64,000 bases of DNA from Chrysomallon squamiferum (lineage: Eukaryota; Animalia; Mollusca), in contig CM022670.1 in assembly GCA_012295275.1 (NCBI GenBank), positions 13,454,001 through 13,518,000 of the forward strand, read 5' to 3'. Each line of letters opens with the position of its first letter. Position 1 is the first letter of the stretch. The position numbers were made by a program, and so were the translations under genes. The notes below the pieces were generated by a model that made no database searches, had not been told where the DNA came from, and saw only the letters and a list, made by a program, of their open reading frames with translations. Positions 42,401-55,559 of the stretch are shown in pieces.

Positions 42401-45400
42401 TATTTCTTTCTTTTCAAAAAATACACCTAAGTAAATTTAAATTTGTATGTCAGAATGTGGCTGCAGAGGTTTTTTTAAATTTTCTTCACACTGACTAATA
42501 CTGACAGAGTTTTAAATTTTTTATTGTAATTGGTTACTTTCAGAGTGATGAAGATTTTGAAACTGTTTTACAAGAAAGAAATGAATTAAGACTTGAAAAC
42601 CAAAGACTGAGGGTAACATTATTTAAAGAAAATTTAAAATATTGTTAATTTATTGAATTTTGACATTACTTATTTTTAAAAAATCTGTGAACTTTGACAG
42701 TGGGTATTGTTTAAATCAGTATCTGAGGTAATGATATATTGCAGAATCAATCCTCTTCTTCCGTTTTATCATTTTATCAAGTTAAATGACTGGTTCAGAT
42801 AACCATAATTAAAAATATAATGAGGTATCCTAGAATAAATATGCACAGCTGTTTATACTGGCATTAATGGTTCAGGTTTTAGGCTGTTGATCTAAGATGG
42901 AGAGTAATGATTTCAAATTATAGTTATAACATTTTATCAGTATGAAAACATCTTTCATGAATACATTCTTCTTGTAAAAATGTTTCCTCTTTGTGTTTTG
43001 TTCTGTAAATAAAGGTAATAAAAGAGGTATGTATTTATGTATGTATGTATGTATGTATGTATGTATGTACGTGTGTACGTGTGTATGTGTGTATGTATGT
43101 ATGAATGTATATATTATGCATGCATGTATGTATGTATGTATGTATGTATGTATGTATGCGTATGTATGTTCACCTGGCTATACAAATCATTTTCATCAGT
43201 AATCTACTTAATGATTTGGTTTTAAATGCAGTCTCATTATTGTTGCTTTTGTTTTATTTTTTAAATAACAGGAATTAATTCAAGAGAAAGATCGAACAGC
43301 TCATCTTGAACTTCTCAAAGTCAGACATGTAAGTTTGTGTTGATATTACTATTTTAAAGTGTATATATTGAACTTCTGAAACTGCGACATATAAGTGTGT
43401 GTTATTATTACTACGTTAAAGTGTATGTTGAACTTCTCAATGTGAGACATATAAGTGAGTGTTAGTATCTCAATATGACATGGTCAAATAAACATCCTAA
43501 ATACATTACAATTTTTAAAAAAAAAAATTTTTTTTGCATGTGGGATGTTGTTTACATTTTTTTCACCTTTACCTATAAAAATGTTGTTTATCAGGAAGCC
43601 CAGTGTGCTATTCAGGAGTGCAGAGATTTGAGAAAGAAATATGAAATTGCACAGAAGGCTCAGCAGGCTGCACGCAATATAGAACAGGACTATGAAGATG
43701 TTGTGTCCCTGCTGGAAAATGAAATTACACAACTTAGAAACCAGCTTGCTAAACAAGTAAGCTTATTTATCTTTATTCTTGGAAATATTCTGTCAATCTT
43801 TCATTTATTTTTAAATAATTGTTAATGTTATGTAACTTTAAGAGCACATGAAGAGTTGAGTAAATTTTTAATTTCTGGCTATAAATGTTCATGATTATAA
43901 GTGAAAATTTTTCATCATTTCTGTACTATGTGTATGTGTCAGTTTATGAAGTATTTATGTAAGAATTCATGATTGTGTGTGTGTGTGTGGCTATGTACAA
44001 ATGTTTATATAGATGTGTATGTAAGTGAGAGATTACTGTAATTCCAGGACAGTGGTTCAGGTACAAGTAGTAATGTACAGAAAAGACTTGCTGTTCTTGT
44101 GTGTCAGCTGAAAAAGGCTGAGAGTGGAAGAAGAACATACGAAGTAGCAACAGAAAAACTTCTCACATATGTTGAGGTAAAGTTACTTTTGATACTAGAG
44201 TAACAGAAATTATTTTGTTTTATTTTATTTTATTTTATTTTATTAAAATAACAGCAACATACAAATAACTTATGTTATAGATAATTAAGAAAATTGAAAA
44301 CAAGTTAACTTTTAGTTCAGTGGAGATTATTTATTTATTAATGATACGGTATTATAAATACATTGTATAGTTTTTAATCATAGGTATTTTTCTGCAATGT
44401 AGTGTATAATAATTATTTATTGTAATTATTTTCAGCAAGTGCACCATAGTCTTTCATCACCTTTAGATAATATACAAAACAGGTAAGTTTAACAAGAGTC
44501 TTGATTAGTTTTTATAGTCTCAGCATAGACAGAGTTTAAAGTTAAGCCCACTAGTGTGGCATAATTTACAGTATTATTCTCATTATCAGGCTTTTGCTTA
44601 TTCAGTCAAGTGTTTTGGTTTTTTTTTAGGTGTCACTGACAAAGTAGTCTGACACTATAATCGGATACCTTTCAAAAAATATCTTATGTATATTTTTACT
44701 TTTAGATAGTGTTATATTTTTAATGTATTCTCTGATCACCAGTATCAAAATAAATACAGATAGATATATTTTCTGTCTCTTTAAAAAATGTTCAGAATGT
44801 AAATCAAATTAAGTTATTTTTATAGAACAGTCTTTAGTATCTAAAAAACACAATGACTGGTTTCATACCTAAGTCATATACTGGGAGAAGTATAACAAAT
44901 ATGTTTATAGTATTAATAATTGTTTTCAAATACTTTCTCTTTTAAACTAACATAGAAATCCATGAACATTCATACCATTAAAATATTAATAACTGTTTTT
45001 AAATATTCCTGCTTATAACCTGAAACAGAAATCCATGAACATTCATAAGAATTATATTTAACTGACATCACATTTATAACCATTTTATATATTTTTTTGT
45101 TATAACCATTTATAGAAATGCTGTGGACATTGATAAGAGCAAGTCGAGTGGCCAGAAAAAGAACAAGAAACTGACCACTAAAGCTTTGTTAAAGGAAGGA
45201 CAGGAGGTTGTGAAGGCTGTGAAATCTCTGATAGAAACAGTTGGTCAGTTTTCTATGAAATATTTTAGTTCTGTATTAATTTGTTGCATTTTGATGTTGT
45301 TTTGATATTGTTTTTGTTCTTCTTTTTATCATATTATTTATTTTTATCTTTAGTGTGGGATTTTTTGTTATTTTTTTAGTTACTATTATTATTTATTTTT

Positions 45401-46423
45401 TTTTTCTGAAATTTTCAGATTTTGGAATTTTGAATAAAGGATCCTCAACCTGTTTTTGTTTTTAGTTTAAAATTTATTTTGTATTTAGTGTTTAAAGATT
45501 ACACAACAGTGAAATTTAGAAAGTAATAAAGTGAAAGAATATAACTGAGAAAAACAATCCCAATAGTAATTTGTTAAACAAAAATGATAATCTTCTAATC
45601 CATCCAGATGTATTCTGTGTCACATGATCTGTATATAATGAAAGTGAAATATGCTGATTTTTGGTTATATTAGCCATTAGCACACAAATTAAAATCTTCT
45701 AAATTGGTTATTGAAGCTGCTAATATCCACAGCAAATAATGAAATGTTCAGCATTAGTGACCCAGTATTAGTTAATCGACATCTTGCTGAATAATAATTT
45801 ATAATTTACTAGCTACTAGACACTGTTTATTTTATTTTATTATTTTTAAGTTACACTTTATTAGGTATCTTTTAAAATGATGTATGTACTTAAAGAATTT
45901 AAAACAAACTAAAAATAAAAATGAGAAGAAGTTATGCTAATAATAATCTTAATCCTGTATTTTCAGCACTGCCATTTGGCTGGGAAGAGGCCTACACATC
46001 AGATGGCACCAAATATTACATTAAGTAAGCACAGCCATGTTGAATAAACTAGACTAATGTCTGACTGATTGAAACAAATTTTGATTTTTAATTACAATTA
46101 CAAAAAATGTTAAAATAAAATTGATTTTGTAAAACAGTTTTAATTTACCATCATATTCCTTGTGATTGTGATGATAAAGATGATGCTGTTGAATACTTAC
46201 TATATATATAATTCTGACGATGATAATGATAATGATATAATGGACGATGGTGATGTCATTTTTCAGTCACACTAATCAGACGACTACGTGGACACACCCT
46301 GTGTCTGGGGTGCAGCATCATCCAGGTGATCATTCAGACAGAGCCAGACACACAGATCATCAACAGCAGAAAAAATCTCCCAGGATGTCAGATGTCAGAA
46401 ATATCCTGGGGTCAGAATCTTGA
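37044..46423 (+). CDS. STXBP4: Syntaxin-binding protein 4 (Synip): PDZ, EF-hand-like, coiled coil, WW; 17 coding exons
   Basis: Exons 37044-37099, 37477-37562, 38103-38198, 38697-38766, 39117-39191, 39788-39888, 40328(or 40404)-40531, 41450-41546, 41994-42124, 42544-42612, 43272-43328, 43595-43756, 44048-44176, 44436-44482, 45116-45243, 45967-46024, 46267-46423. PDZ: GLGLKIFGG...GIFIKKILPGGLA...GDQILEVN. EKLQVALRFLGLEPTPEQ...[56 protein letters not shown]. Confidence 0.93.
43306..43470 (+). repeat. Three degenerate tandem copies (about 60-62 bp) spanning an STXBP4 exon end and donor
   Basis: Units start TTGAACTTCT at 43306, 43368 and 43428; each continues ...GACAT(G/A)TAAGT.TGTGTT-like. Confidence 0.85.
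44910..45120 (+). repeat. Intronic tandem duplication of about 74 bp next to the 45116 acceptor
   Basis: AGAAATCCATGAACATTCATA occurs near 44954 and 45027. TATTAATAA(T/C)TGTTTT occurs near 44911 and 44984. TTATAACC is repeated. Confidence 0.7.
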
Positions 46424-46989
46424 AGAATTTACCAATAGTAGATTCTTGAAAAATATCCTGGGAGCAGAGTTATTGAAGAACATCCTGGAAGTAATTTTTT
46501 AAAATTTCCTATCAGAAGTATCGTGGGAGTAAAGTTTCAAATAATATGTTAGTGGTTAAGTCAAGAAAAGTTATGGGCATGGTTTGGTTATATTCTAGGT
46601 AAAAACAAAAGTAATAAGAAATATATCCTGTATTATTTTTGTATGCTGGGAAAAGGTAGTACTTATCTTTTTGGAACAAAATATGTTTATATATAACATA
46701 TTGAGCTAGAAGACCTGAACAAATCCTTCTCCATTTACGATAAGTTCTGTATTCAAAATAGCGAGGAAAAAAAAGAATGATTAAGAAAATTAAAAGAAAA
46801 TCATGATGGAACGTTCTGAGACAGAAACTTAAGTAAACAGAAATACAAGATATTGAGAAGAAATATTTATATAGGATATTTTCAAAGAACTTGGACACAA
46901 GTAACTGAAAAAGCAGAACCTCAGCACAGAACAGATAGATAAGTACTTTCAGAAATATGCATATGATTAGGATTGAACAGAAAATTGAA

Positions 46990-47860
46990 AGGTTTTATTT
47001 AGCAATGAATAGATCATAGAATGGTTTTATGTAAAAATGAATAGAACATAAAATGATTTTATGTAGCAAGGAGTAGATTATAAAATGGTTTTATTTAGAA
47101 CCCAGAATGTTTTGTTTTTTAATAATGGTATATGACAACATACAGAGGATTTGATAGAATATAAAACAGTTTCATTTCAGAATGAGTAGAATACAGAATG
47201 GTTTTTAAAGTGTTTTATATATCAGTATATACAAGAGCTGATAAAATATAAATGGTTTTATACACTGCAGAATGTACATTTTGATGAATATGTGTTAAAA
47301 TAGCATATTCTAACAGGTGGGTGAAAATGATTTTTATGTATGAATATAGGTACATATTGATGGAACTAGTATTTGTCAAAACATGAGAATTGTTTTTCTA
47401 AGTCAAATGATTTTATGTACATGTACAGGTACATATAGATGGAGCTATAATATGTCAAAACAAGAATTATTTAAAAGTGAAATGGTTTTATGTACAAGTA
47501 TATAATATGTCAAAACATAAGAATTATTTAAAAGTGAAATGGTTTTATGTACAAGTGAGGTACATACAAATAGAGGTAGCATTTGTCAAAACATAGGGAA
47601 TTGTTTGAAAGTAAAATGGTTTTATGTACAAGTGAGGTACAGACAAACAGAGGTAGCATTTGTCAAAACATAGGGAATTGTTTGAAAGTAAAATGGTTTT
47701 ATGTACAAGTAAGTATAGATACATATATATATGGAGTTTACATTTGTCAAAACATGTAAGTCATTTGAAAGTAAAATGGTTTTATGTACAAATAGTGGTA
47801 CATATAGATGGAGCTACCGTATGCCAAAATGTGTAAGAGTCAATTGAAATGAAATGTTCC
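46990..47860 (+). repeat. Degenerate minisatellite in the STXBP4 3'UTR: roughly 30-bp units grading into 77-bp units
   Basis: The core AATGGTTTTATGTA recurs throughout. Near-identical 77-bp units start at 47537 and 47614, with a more diverged one at 47691 (AAATGGTTTTATGTACAAGTGAGGTAC...CATTTGTCAAAACATAGGGAATTGTTTGAAAGTA). Confidence 0.85.
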
Positions 47861-49758
47861 TGTTTTTATTTTTTTTTTTTGTTTGTTTGATGCACAATCA
47901 TGTCATCATGTGTGTGTTAGATTTCAAAGAAGCACTCTGGGATTTGTTTGCTTTTTTTTTTTTTTTTTAATTGATTTAAAGAAATGATACCAAAGAGAAA
48001 ACATATAAAGAAACACAAAGTTATAACCTGTTATCTGTTGTCAAACATTTCTTGTCAAGATTTGATGTAATTTATTTTTTTATTTTGTAATACTTTATAC
48101 AAACCATTATTATAACATGTTATGGGTACAGAGATGTATATGTAAGGAAATAGTTTTACTTATCAGATGTTTAGGCAGAATAATATTTAAAAAAAAACAT
48201 ATCTTGCCACATTTTTGCTCTTTGTACAAAGACAATTTTGCTTCCATGTTTAAAAAACACAGAAGAACAAAAATAAAATAACAAATTATTGTCATGCCCA
48301 TGAAGAAAAGAAAAAAAATAGTCTTCCTTTTTAAGTAAGAATAATAGAAAAACCTTTATTTAATGATCCACATTATTTACTAGGAGAAAGTGTTTTTAAG
48401 TTTTATTTTGTATTATTTAAATAATTCTAATTACAGCATTCTAGTCCAGCAGCATTTACTGTCTTTTTAGTTTTTGTTATTGCATTAGTAGACCCAAGAA
48501 GATGTTGTGTTTGTTGTTTTTAGTAATCTGATTATTTCTGCTAAATCTGTTTTCTTTGGTGGCATTCATACATCATAAAGTTGTATTAATAAAATTTTAT
48601 ATATATATAATGTAATGTTACAGATTTTTATTGCACAAATAAATCAGTTGATGCTCTCTAAAAGCATGCAGTTAGTGTTATGGTAGTGTTATATTTAGAC
48701 CTACAATTGAAATTACAGTCAGATACAACTAGACATAAACAAACAAAATGGCTGCCAACTAATTATGTCATCAGTGAGATACTGATGATGTCATAAGCAA
48801 TATAGCTACCAACCAATGAATGACAATCTTGTACACTGCATTTAGACATTTCTGTATCATTTACATGAGTAATTTAGTCTTTTATAGCTTGTCATATTCA
48901 CTACCTACTCAAAAATGTTGTTTTGTTTGGGCTTATATTCTTACATTTTTACCTTAATATTGCAGTTTGTAGAATCATCTAAGTTAGTTAGTTCTCATGT
49001 TGTGCTTTTATTTAAGTATTGTCTGTTGTGTGTTTAGATATATATTATTTTTTAGTATTGCTCTATTAGTTTTCATATTCTGTCTTAAGGGATATTTTAA
49101 ACTTTGTGATAGCTGTAAATACAAAAGTCAGAGAAAATGCAATGTTTAATAATAATTATATTTTTGGTTTTACTGATTTCATCAGTATTATATACAGTTA
49201 CATTATGAAATGTGTGTGTGGATGCGATCAGATTTTTAATATTGGACATTGTCAATTCCTTTTATATTATATCTATTGCAAAATATTTACATGAGATGCA
49301 TTTATATTTTATGGTTGAGTCTATTTATCTGACTATCTACTACATCATCTATCAAACACTGTAACTAAAGGTTTGCATGTTAAATACTTTACTCTGGTGC
49401 ATTTATTTTTTATTTTAAATCTATAAAAATAGCTGTGTTCTTTTTGCATTATAATAAACATTGCATTTTGTGCCATAGCATAAATTCAAGTATTACAACC
49501 ATTTAGAAATATATATAATATATATGTATATTTTTAGTTATACAGTGTGGGTTCTTGGATTTTAATTTTTGAAAATACATGGGATTATTATTATTATCAT
49601 TATTTGTAATTTTCACAATTTTTAAAATAGTAATAATAAATAAATAAGTAAATTTTTTAAAATACAGAAATGAAGGATTTTATTTAAACATTCATGTCTG
49701 TATGTATATCCGTCCTGCAGCAGATCCTGCCTGTGTCATACATTATTTATTCCTATAT

Positions 49759-49795
49759 AATAAATATTGTTTTCAATATACAGTGTTGTGTTTTG
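49759..49795 (+). terminator. Likely polyadenylation signal of STXBP4 (3'UTR about 3.3 kb)
   Basis: AATAAA at 49759 followed about 20 nt later by GT-rich GTGTTGTGTTTTG. CpG reappears immediately downstream. Confidence 0.45.
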
Positions 49796-50270
49796 ACGTC
49801 TTTTTAATAGGCATTGGTTAAACCAAAAATACACATTCTATGTTAACTCTGGGTGTCAAACATAAGGTTTCCTAAACAGATAGAAAATTTACTCGGTCTT
49901 TTTCATAACGTATTCATTCGTGTGCATTAAAAACAGTAAATTTTATCAAATCCATTGAAAAGTCGGAGATAAAGAACCTACTACACAGGAAGTTATCCAA
50001 AGAGGACTGACCCAGCGATTCATTACCTGTTCAGTTAACACGACAGCCACAAAGCATCAGCCCTCTGTCATGACTGTAGTACGTAATTATATATTTAGTT
50101 ATTTTATTTTTAATATTACTCAACATAGTGTCGCAATATAATCTGGATAGAAACATCTATAAGATACAAGGGTTGTTTTAGATTACAACATAAACATTGG
50201 TTTTCTCCTCCGATTATAAAAGTTCAAAATGATAAGGAAACAGAAGAAAGTGCCCCAGTTTTTATTCTGA

Positions 50271-50307
<37 letters not shown>

Positions 50308-50519
50308 TATCTATAAATAAATAAAAATTAACATACAAAGGCAGGAAGACGTCATGCAGTAAAACGTAGCACAACATGATGAAAGTTAGAACTGTGCGCT
50401 GTAAAAGAAATAGTTCACTTGGTGGGGGAGCAAGAATACCATACAAACAGTTATCTGCAGAGTTGGTAATAGCAACAAGAGAGGCCTTTAACATTTCGTT
50501 AATTGATTTTTTAGTTTGC

Positions 50520-50806
50520 ATAGACAGTGTGGGTAGATCGCATGCACTAAAAATAACCTATAGCCCATCCTGCAATAGCAAGTCATCAGAGTAAGGTGAT
50601 GGCCAAAAATGTACAGACTTGCATTGTGCCATACAGGTTCATGCTGTTACGCAAGGCACACCAACATGTATTGTAAATATAAGGTATATTTAGTATAAAT
50701 AAATAAAATAATTTTTTTTTAAAAATGCGTTTTTATTGTAGGCAGATCTTTTTGACTTGGTCATTTATAAAGTAGCTCGCAAGCCAAACAAGTGTGGGCA
50801 ACCCTG
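50520..50806 (-). mobile_element. End fragment of a non-autonomous hAT (Charlie/Buster-like) DNA transposon
   Basis: The minus strand from 50806 reads CAGGGTTGCCCACACTTGTTTGGCTTGCGAGCTACTTTATAAATGACCAAGTCAAAAAGATCTGCC, a CAGGG-type hAT terminus. The flank ATCTAAAC (50807-50814) fits an NTCTARAN-type 8-bp target. Subterminal GCGATCTACC motif near 50532. The opposite end was not found. Confidence 0.6.
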
Positions 50807-52569
50807 ATCTAAACCTTCAAGTCGATAATGGCGCTAATTCTTTACCTACGATTTTCTCCCTCTTCATCTATTCACACTCACATCACTTTCCACACCTTTA
50901 TGAATTTTCCCGATGACCTTGTTTTATCAATGCATTATCTCTGACCTGGTCATGACGAAAATCGTGCCCATACAAACGTACCTGAACCACTTACACAGAT
51001 ATAATAAGCACGTTAGTAATTATCGTATTGCATTGTATCGTAATAGAATAACGTCTAATCACACCGTTATAACGGAGAGAGAAAGTTATACGAACGAGTC
51101 ACCTACTCTGGATGTGTGTGTGTATGTGTGTGTGTAGCCACCACTTCCACCCACCCACCCCACAAATCAGGATTATGTGTTTTCGTTAACGATAATCGTC
51201 TTACTAAACCCCTCGGTGAATCATTTCTTAAATCAGAACTACCTCTCAGTGAACCCAAAGCACGGACAACGAGTACCAACACATACTTCAAGGACTAAAA
51301 AAGAAAAGAAAAAAGTGAGAACGTTTTCATCTGTTTTCAGTATTGTTTTAAGGTAAGTGAATAAGCTTCAAACAGAGTTTAGTAATAAATGGCGAGTAAA
51401 GAAATAATGTTAAGTTAAAAATACGTTTGTGACACAGCAGGATCTGAATTTTTAAATAATTTACATAATGATTCTGGCGTCATGTATTATCGAGAAGCTT
51501 GAATGCTCGAAATGAATGAATAAAACCTCCAACACCTTCTATTCGAATATACACTAAATCTGTGGCTATGCTATAATACTATACTGAATATTTTATAATA
51601 ATGAGGCAAAAATCTCCTATCATCACTGTATGAATTACTGTTATCTATAATGAATGTGCACCTTCTCTCGGTACTTACCATAATTCTTGATAAATCATTT
51701 TCCGAGCATGTTTCAACGGGACCTATCACGTCTCTAGCGAACCCTTCACAGTTTGCTTCACATTTGTAGCTGTATAAATTAAATGTTGTTGTACCAACAA
51801 GTTAGCAACTTAAAGTCTCTCAAAGAAGAACTCGAAATTGCTTTCTGAAGAAATCATATTTGTCAAAATATATTTTAACAATCATAAATTTTCATTCTGA
51901 AGTTATATCTGTAACTAATGCCATATTACGAAGTTATCATAAATCACAAGTTTTCTTTCATATTCTTACACAGACATATTCATTTACAAATACAGGCACA
52001 CAACTCACAACACATCATTACACACATAAACATGCACTTAAAGACTAAAACACACATACCAATAAAATACTCGTACAAACAGGCACACTGCTAATATAAA
52101 TGTAAATAATGTCTATAGATTTATCAGCGATAAAGTACGATGAATTATGTTAATGATTTTTTGTTTCTTATGCAGTAAAGTTATATCACAAAAATAAGAA
52201 CAAATTAATTAGTCCTATTCTTTTTCCTGTGTAATAAGTACATAATCACATACACATTTGATGCGTAATACAAACAAATAAATAAACACATAAACATATA
52301 GACATATATCTATCTACCCATCCATCCATCAATACATACATACAAAAAACTATACATCCACACAGACAGACAGATAGACGGATTAACATATACTAACTAC
52401 ATAGACAGATGCAACAAATATATTTATATGAATTAAGATTAATTACATTGTATATATATAGTTATTTATTTATTACAGATATGGAATCACGCTGTGAAGA
52501 TTCAGATTTTCGGGAGGTTACCATGGTAGCATCTACAAATACCTGCCGCATGAGATTAAATATGTTGTT

Positions 52570-53722
52570 ATGGAAAATCTTCCTTATTACGAAAGCTTTC
52601 GAATAAACGTACAAATTTTTATTTTCATTTTCGCAAAATGGCAACAGCATCAGAAAGCAACCCAATGCCAAAATTTGAAAAAAGAAATTAGTATCAGCCA
52701 AATATTGATAATGTCGAGTAAAGTGTCCGATAATTGTTATGGGAACATGGACGAAAAAATAGCAGCAAATGATGCTACCGCTATGGTTAGACAAAAGAAG
52801 CAGAGCTCCGCGGTGAATAAATCGTCAAACGTCTGTGGACAAGATGCGTTCTCTGAGGAGGATACCGCGAGATTACGTATTCTGTTACCAAGAAATCTGA
52901 AAGGTGAAATTTCTTTTAAACCTCCGAGCAGCGAAAGCCCGTTCGACCCGTGGGTCCCTGACACTCTCGCAAATGTTCGAAGTTCACGTGTGGTGCTCGT
53001 TCCGTCCAAGGTGTTTTTCAAACGACCTGAATACATCAGTCCATTTTTACCTACGACAAGTGGGTTCTGGCGTTTGAAAGCGTGAATGTCATGATGACTA
53101 TTCCCATGATGCAACAGTCAGACTTTGGAGTCATTGACCCGACTGGACATATGTGGTAAGATGAATAACAAAAAAATAATAATACATATATATATATATA
53201 TATATACAGAAAGATAGAAAAAGTAAAGAAAAATAATGATTATACTATTTGCTACACCACCAGCAGTATTAGATGTAGGTCTATTTTTTGCATTTTCATT
53301 CATCTTTATTAACAGCTAATAATGTAGCTCTGATATATTTTATTTACACAAACACATTTATGCACGAAAATAGACACGTGGATCATTACCTTTTGATAAA
53401 CCTATTTGGGGCACCACTAGTAATAGAAAATAACCGCCCTGACGGTTTGAAGCTAGACTCTTTGCTTATTTCAGCAGTTTTTGTATCAGCAAACTACTAA
53501 ATCTCTACGTGCACCAAATTATTTTTGCCAAACTAAGTTATATGTATACTTTATTATATCTTGTGTCCTCCGCTGTATGCCTATTGTGTTATTTCAAGTT
53601 CCAGCCATTGGTCTATATGACAATTCCGGCCCTGTTATATGTTTCTCCAGCTATTCTCTTACTCTCTCTCACCCCCCCGCGTCTCTCTCACTCTCTGTGT
53701 GTTTGTGTATATGTCTACACTC

Positions 53723-53773
<51 letters not shown>

Positions 53774-53810
53774 CAACACCTTATATTCGTTAATATAAAA
53801 TATGTCTACA

Positions 53811-53902
<92 letters not shown>

Positions 53903-55502
53903 CAACACCTTATATTCGTTAATACAAAATCGTAAAATAACTGAAAATACATGTATTTTATTGATGAACTGTTTCTGGATCAGTTCCAGGTATGAATGTC
54001 TGATAATGTTTCATGCATCGCTGAATGTTTTTGTTTATTGTTAGTAAATACCGTCAACACTCATCAATCATCGATTTTGACGATATATCAAGGTTAAGTT
54101 GATTTTGAATGATAACAATAATAATGCCACATTATGTTCGTGACTCCTATTGACATTTTCGTCTTTATGGTCACATATCGTTTCCTTGAATATGTATAAT
54201 ATTAATATTATTGTTGTCTTCGCCTTTGTTATTATTGAAAATGCTGGCGTTGTTTGCTTATATAAAACTTCAGCTGCTTATGATTATTATTATTATTATT
54301 ATTTATTATTACAGGAAAATAACAGCTGATACAAAGGAAGACATTGATGACGTAATATCTCGTTTTGAGTCTCGTCCGTCGGTGATTCATGCTGTGCTTA
54401 TAGCGAGTGAGGTCATGGTCGACAACTCAGAACGTAAGTATGGCTGAAAATTACATTGGAAAGATAAAATACGTGTTAATAAGAGAAGAAAATTATAAGC
54501 AGCAGACAGACAGACACACACACACACACACACACACACTCAGACGACTGAAAAGGCAGGATGATAACTAACATGACGCATTCTTTGCCAAGGCCATTGG
54601 AAAACAGATTACTCAATACCGTGTTTCGTAAGATTGGCGTAACATCATTAATTTCACAGACAACAAAAGGTGCGCGGCACTGAATGTTAAATTCAACACA
54701 TTATGATAATGATACATTTAACATGCTTCTGTCAGCGTCAGTTACTTGATGCAACTCTTACGTCGATTTAAATAATTGCTTTGGCAATACACGCTGTGGA
54801 AAATTTATTAAGAAAACGTAAAATATGTTTGATGTGTATGAGTGTGTGGAGGGGGGGAGGGTGAGTGTATGTGAGCGTTTGGGTTTGTGTAAGTGTGTAT
54901 AAAAATCCACCCACACTCGAAAGGAATTATTTATGTGTAATGCTTTAGTATTATACATTTATTTACCATTTACTTACATTTCTACATACTTATTACCTTC
55001 CTACCTTAATCATTACAATTAAAAAGTGGAATGACATTGTTTGTGCAAAGGTTCATCAATCGGATCAAAATAAATACTCAGATTTAGTTTATCTGTGATT
55101 ATATACATACATTTATATTGTAAGCTAGTATTGTTAACATTTCGCTCAATGAGTTTTCATTTGTCGTAGTGAGCGTTGTGCTGTTCCTGGCACCACAGTC
55201 ACGTTGTATCACCATGGTGATTTCACAGTTACATCAAGCAAAAGAGCGGCTGAAAATGAAAAGGAAATACGTCATTGACGTAAGCTTTGCATTTAGTTTG
55301 ATGTTTTAAAATAAACATGTCTGAGTTTTATTAGTAAATGTTAAAGTGTGACTGCTCTGGTATTGTCTAAATCTTGTTTTGTTATTTTTCTTGTTTACTT
55401 ATTCTGTTTTGTAGTTTTTGTTTGTTGCTTGACATGAAGAATGAGGTCATTTCGAACAGAACTGCAAAAAAAGAAAAAATAATAATAATAATTGATTAAT
55501 TA

Positions 55503-55559
<57 letters not shown>

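Noticed and set aside
47537-47860. CRISPR-like or repeat-spacer array
   Set aside because: The whole unit is repeated, with no unique spacers. The context is eukaryotic and there are no cas genes.
53011-53039. 29-nt GT-AG micro-intron that would restore the frame
   Set aside because: It is far shorter than any other intron in the window and lacks a pyrimidine tract next to the AG.
52737-53114. Antisense ORFs over coding exons (also 11915-12139, 21463-21657, 59998-60300)
   Set aside because: These are shadow frames of GC-richer sense exons with no independent splice or domain support.
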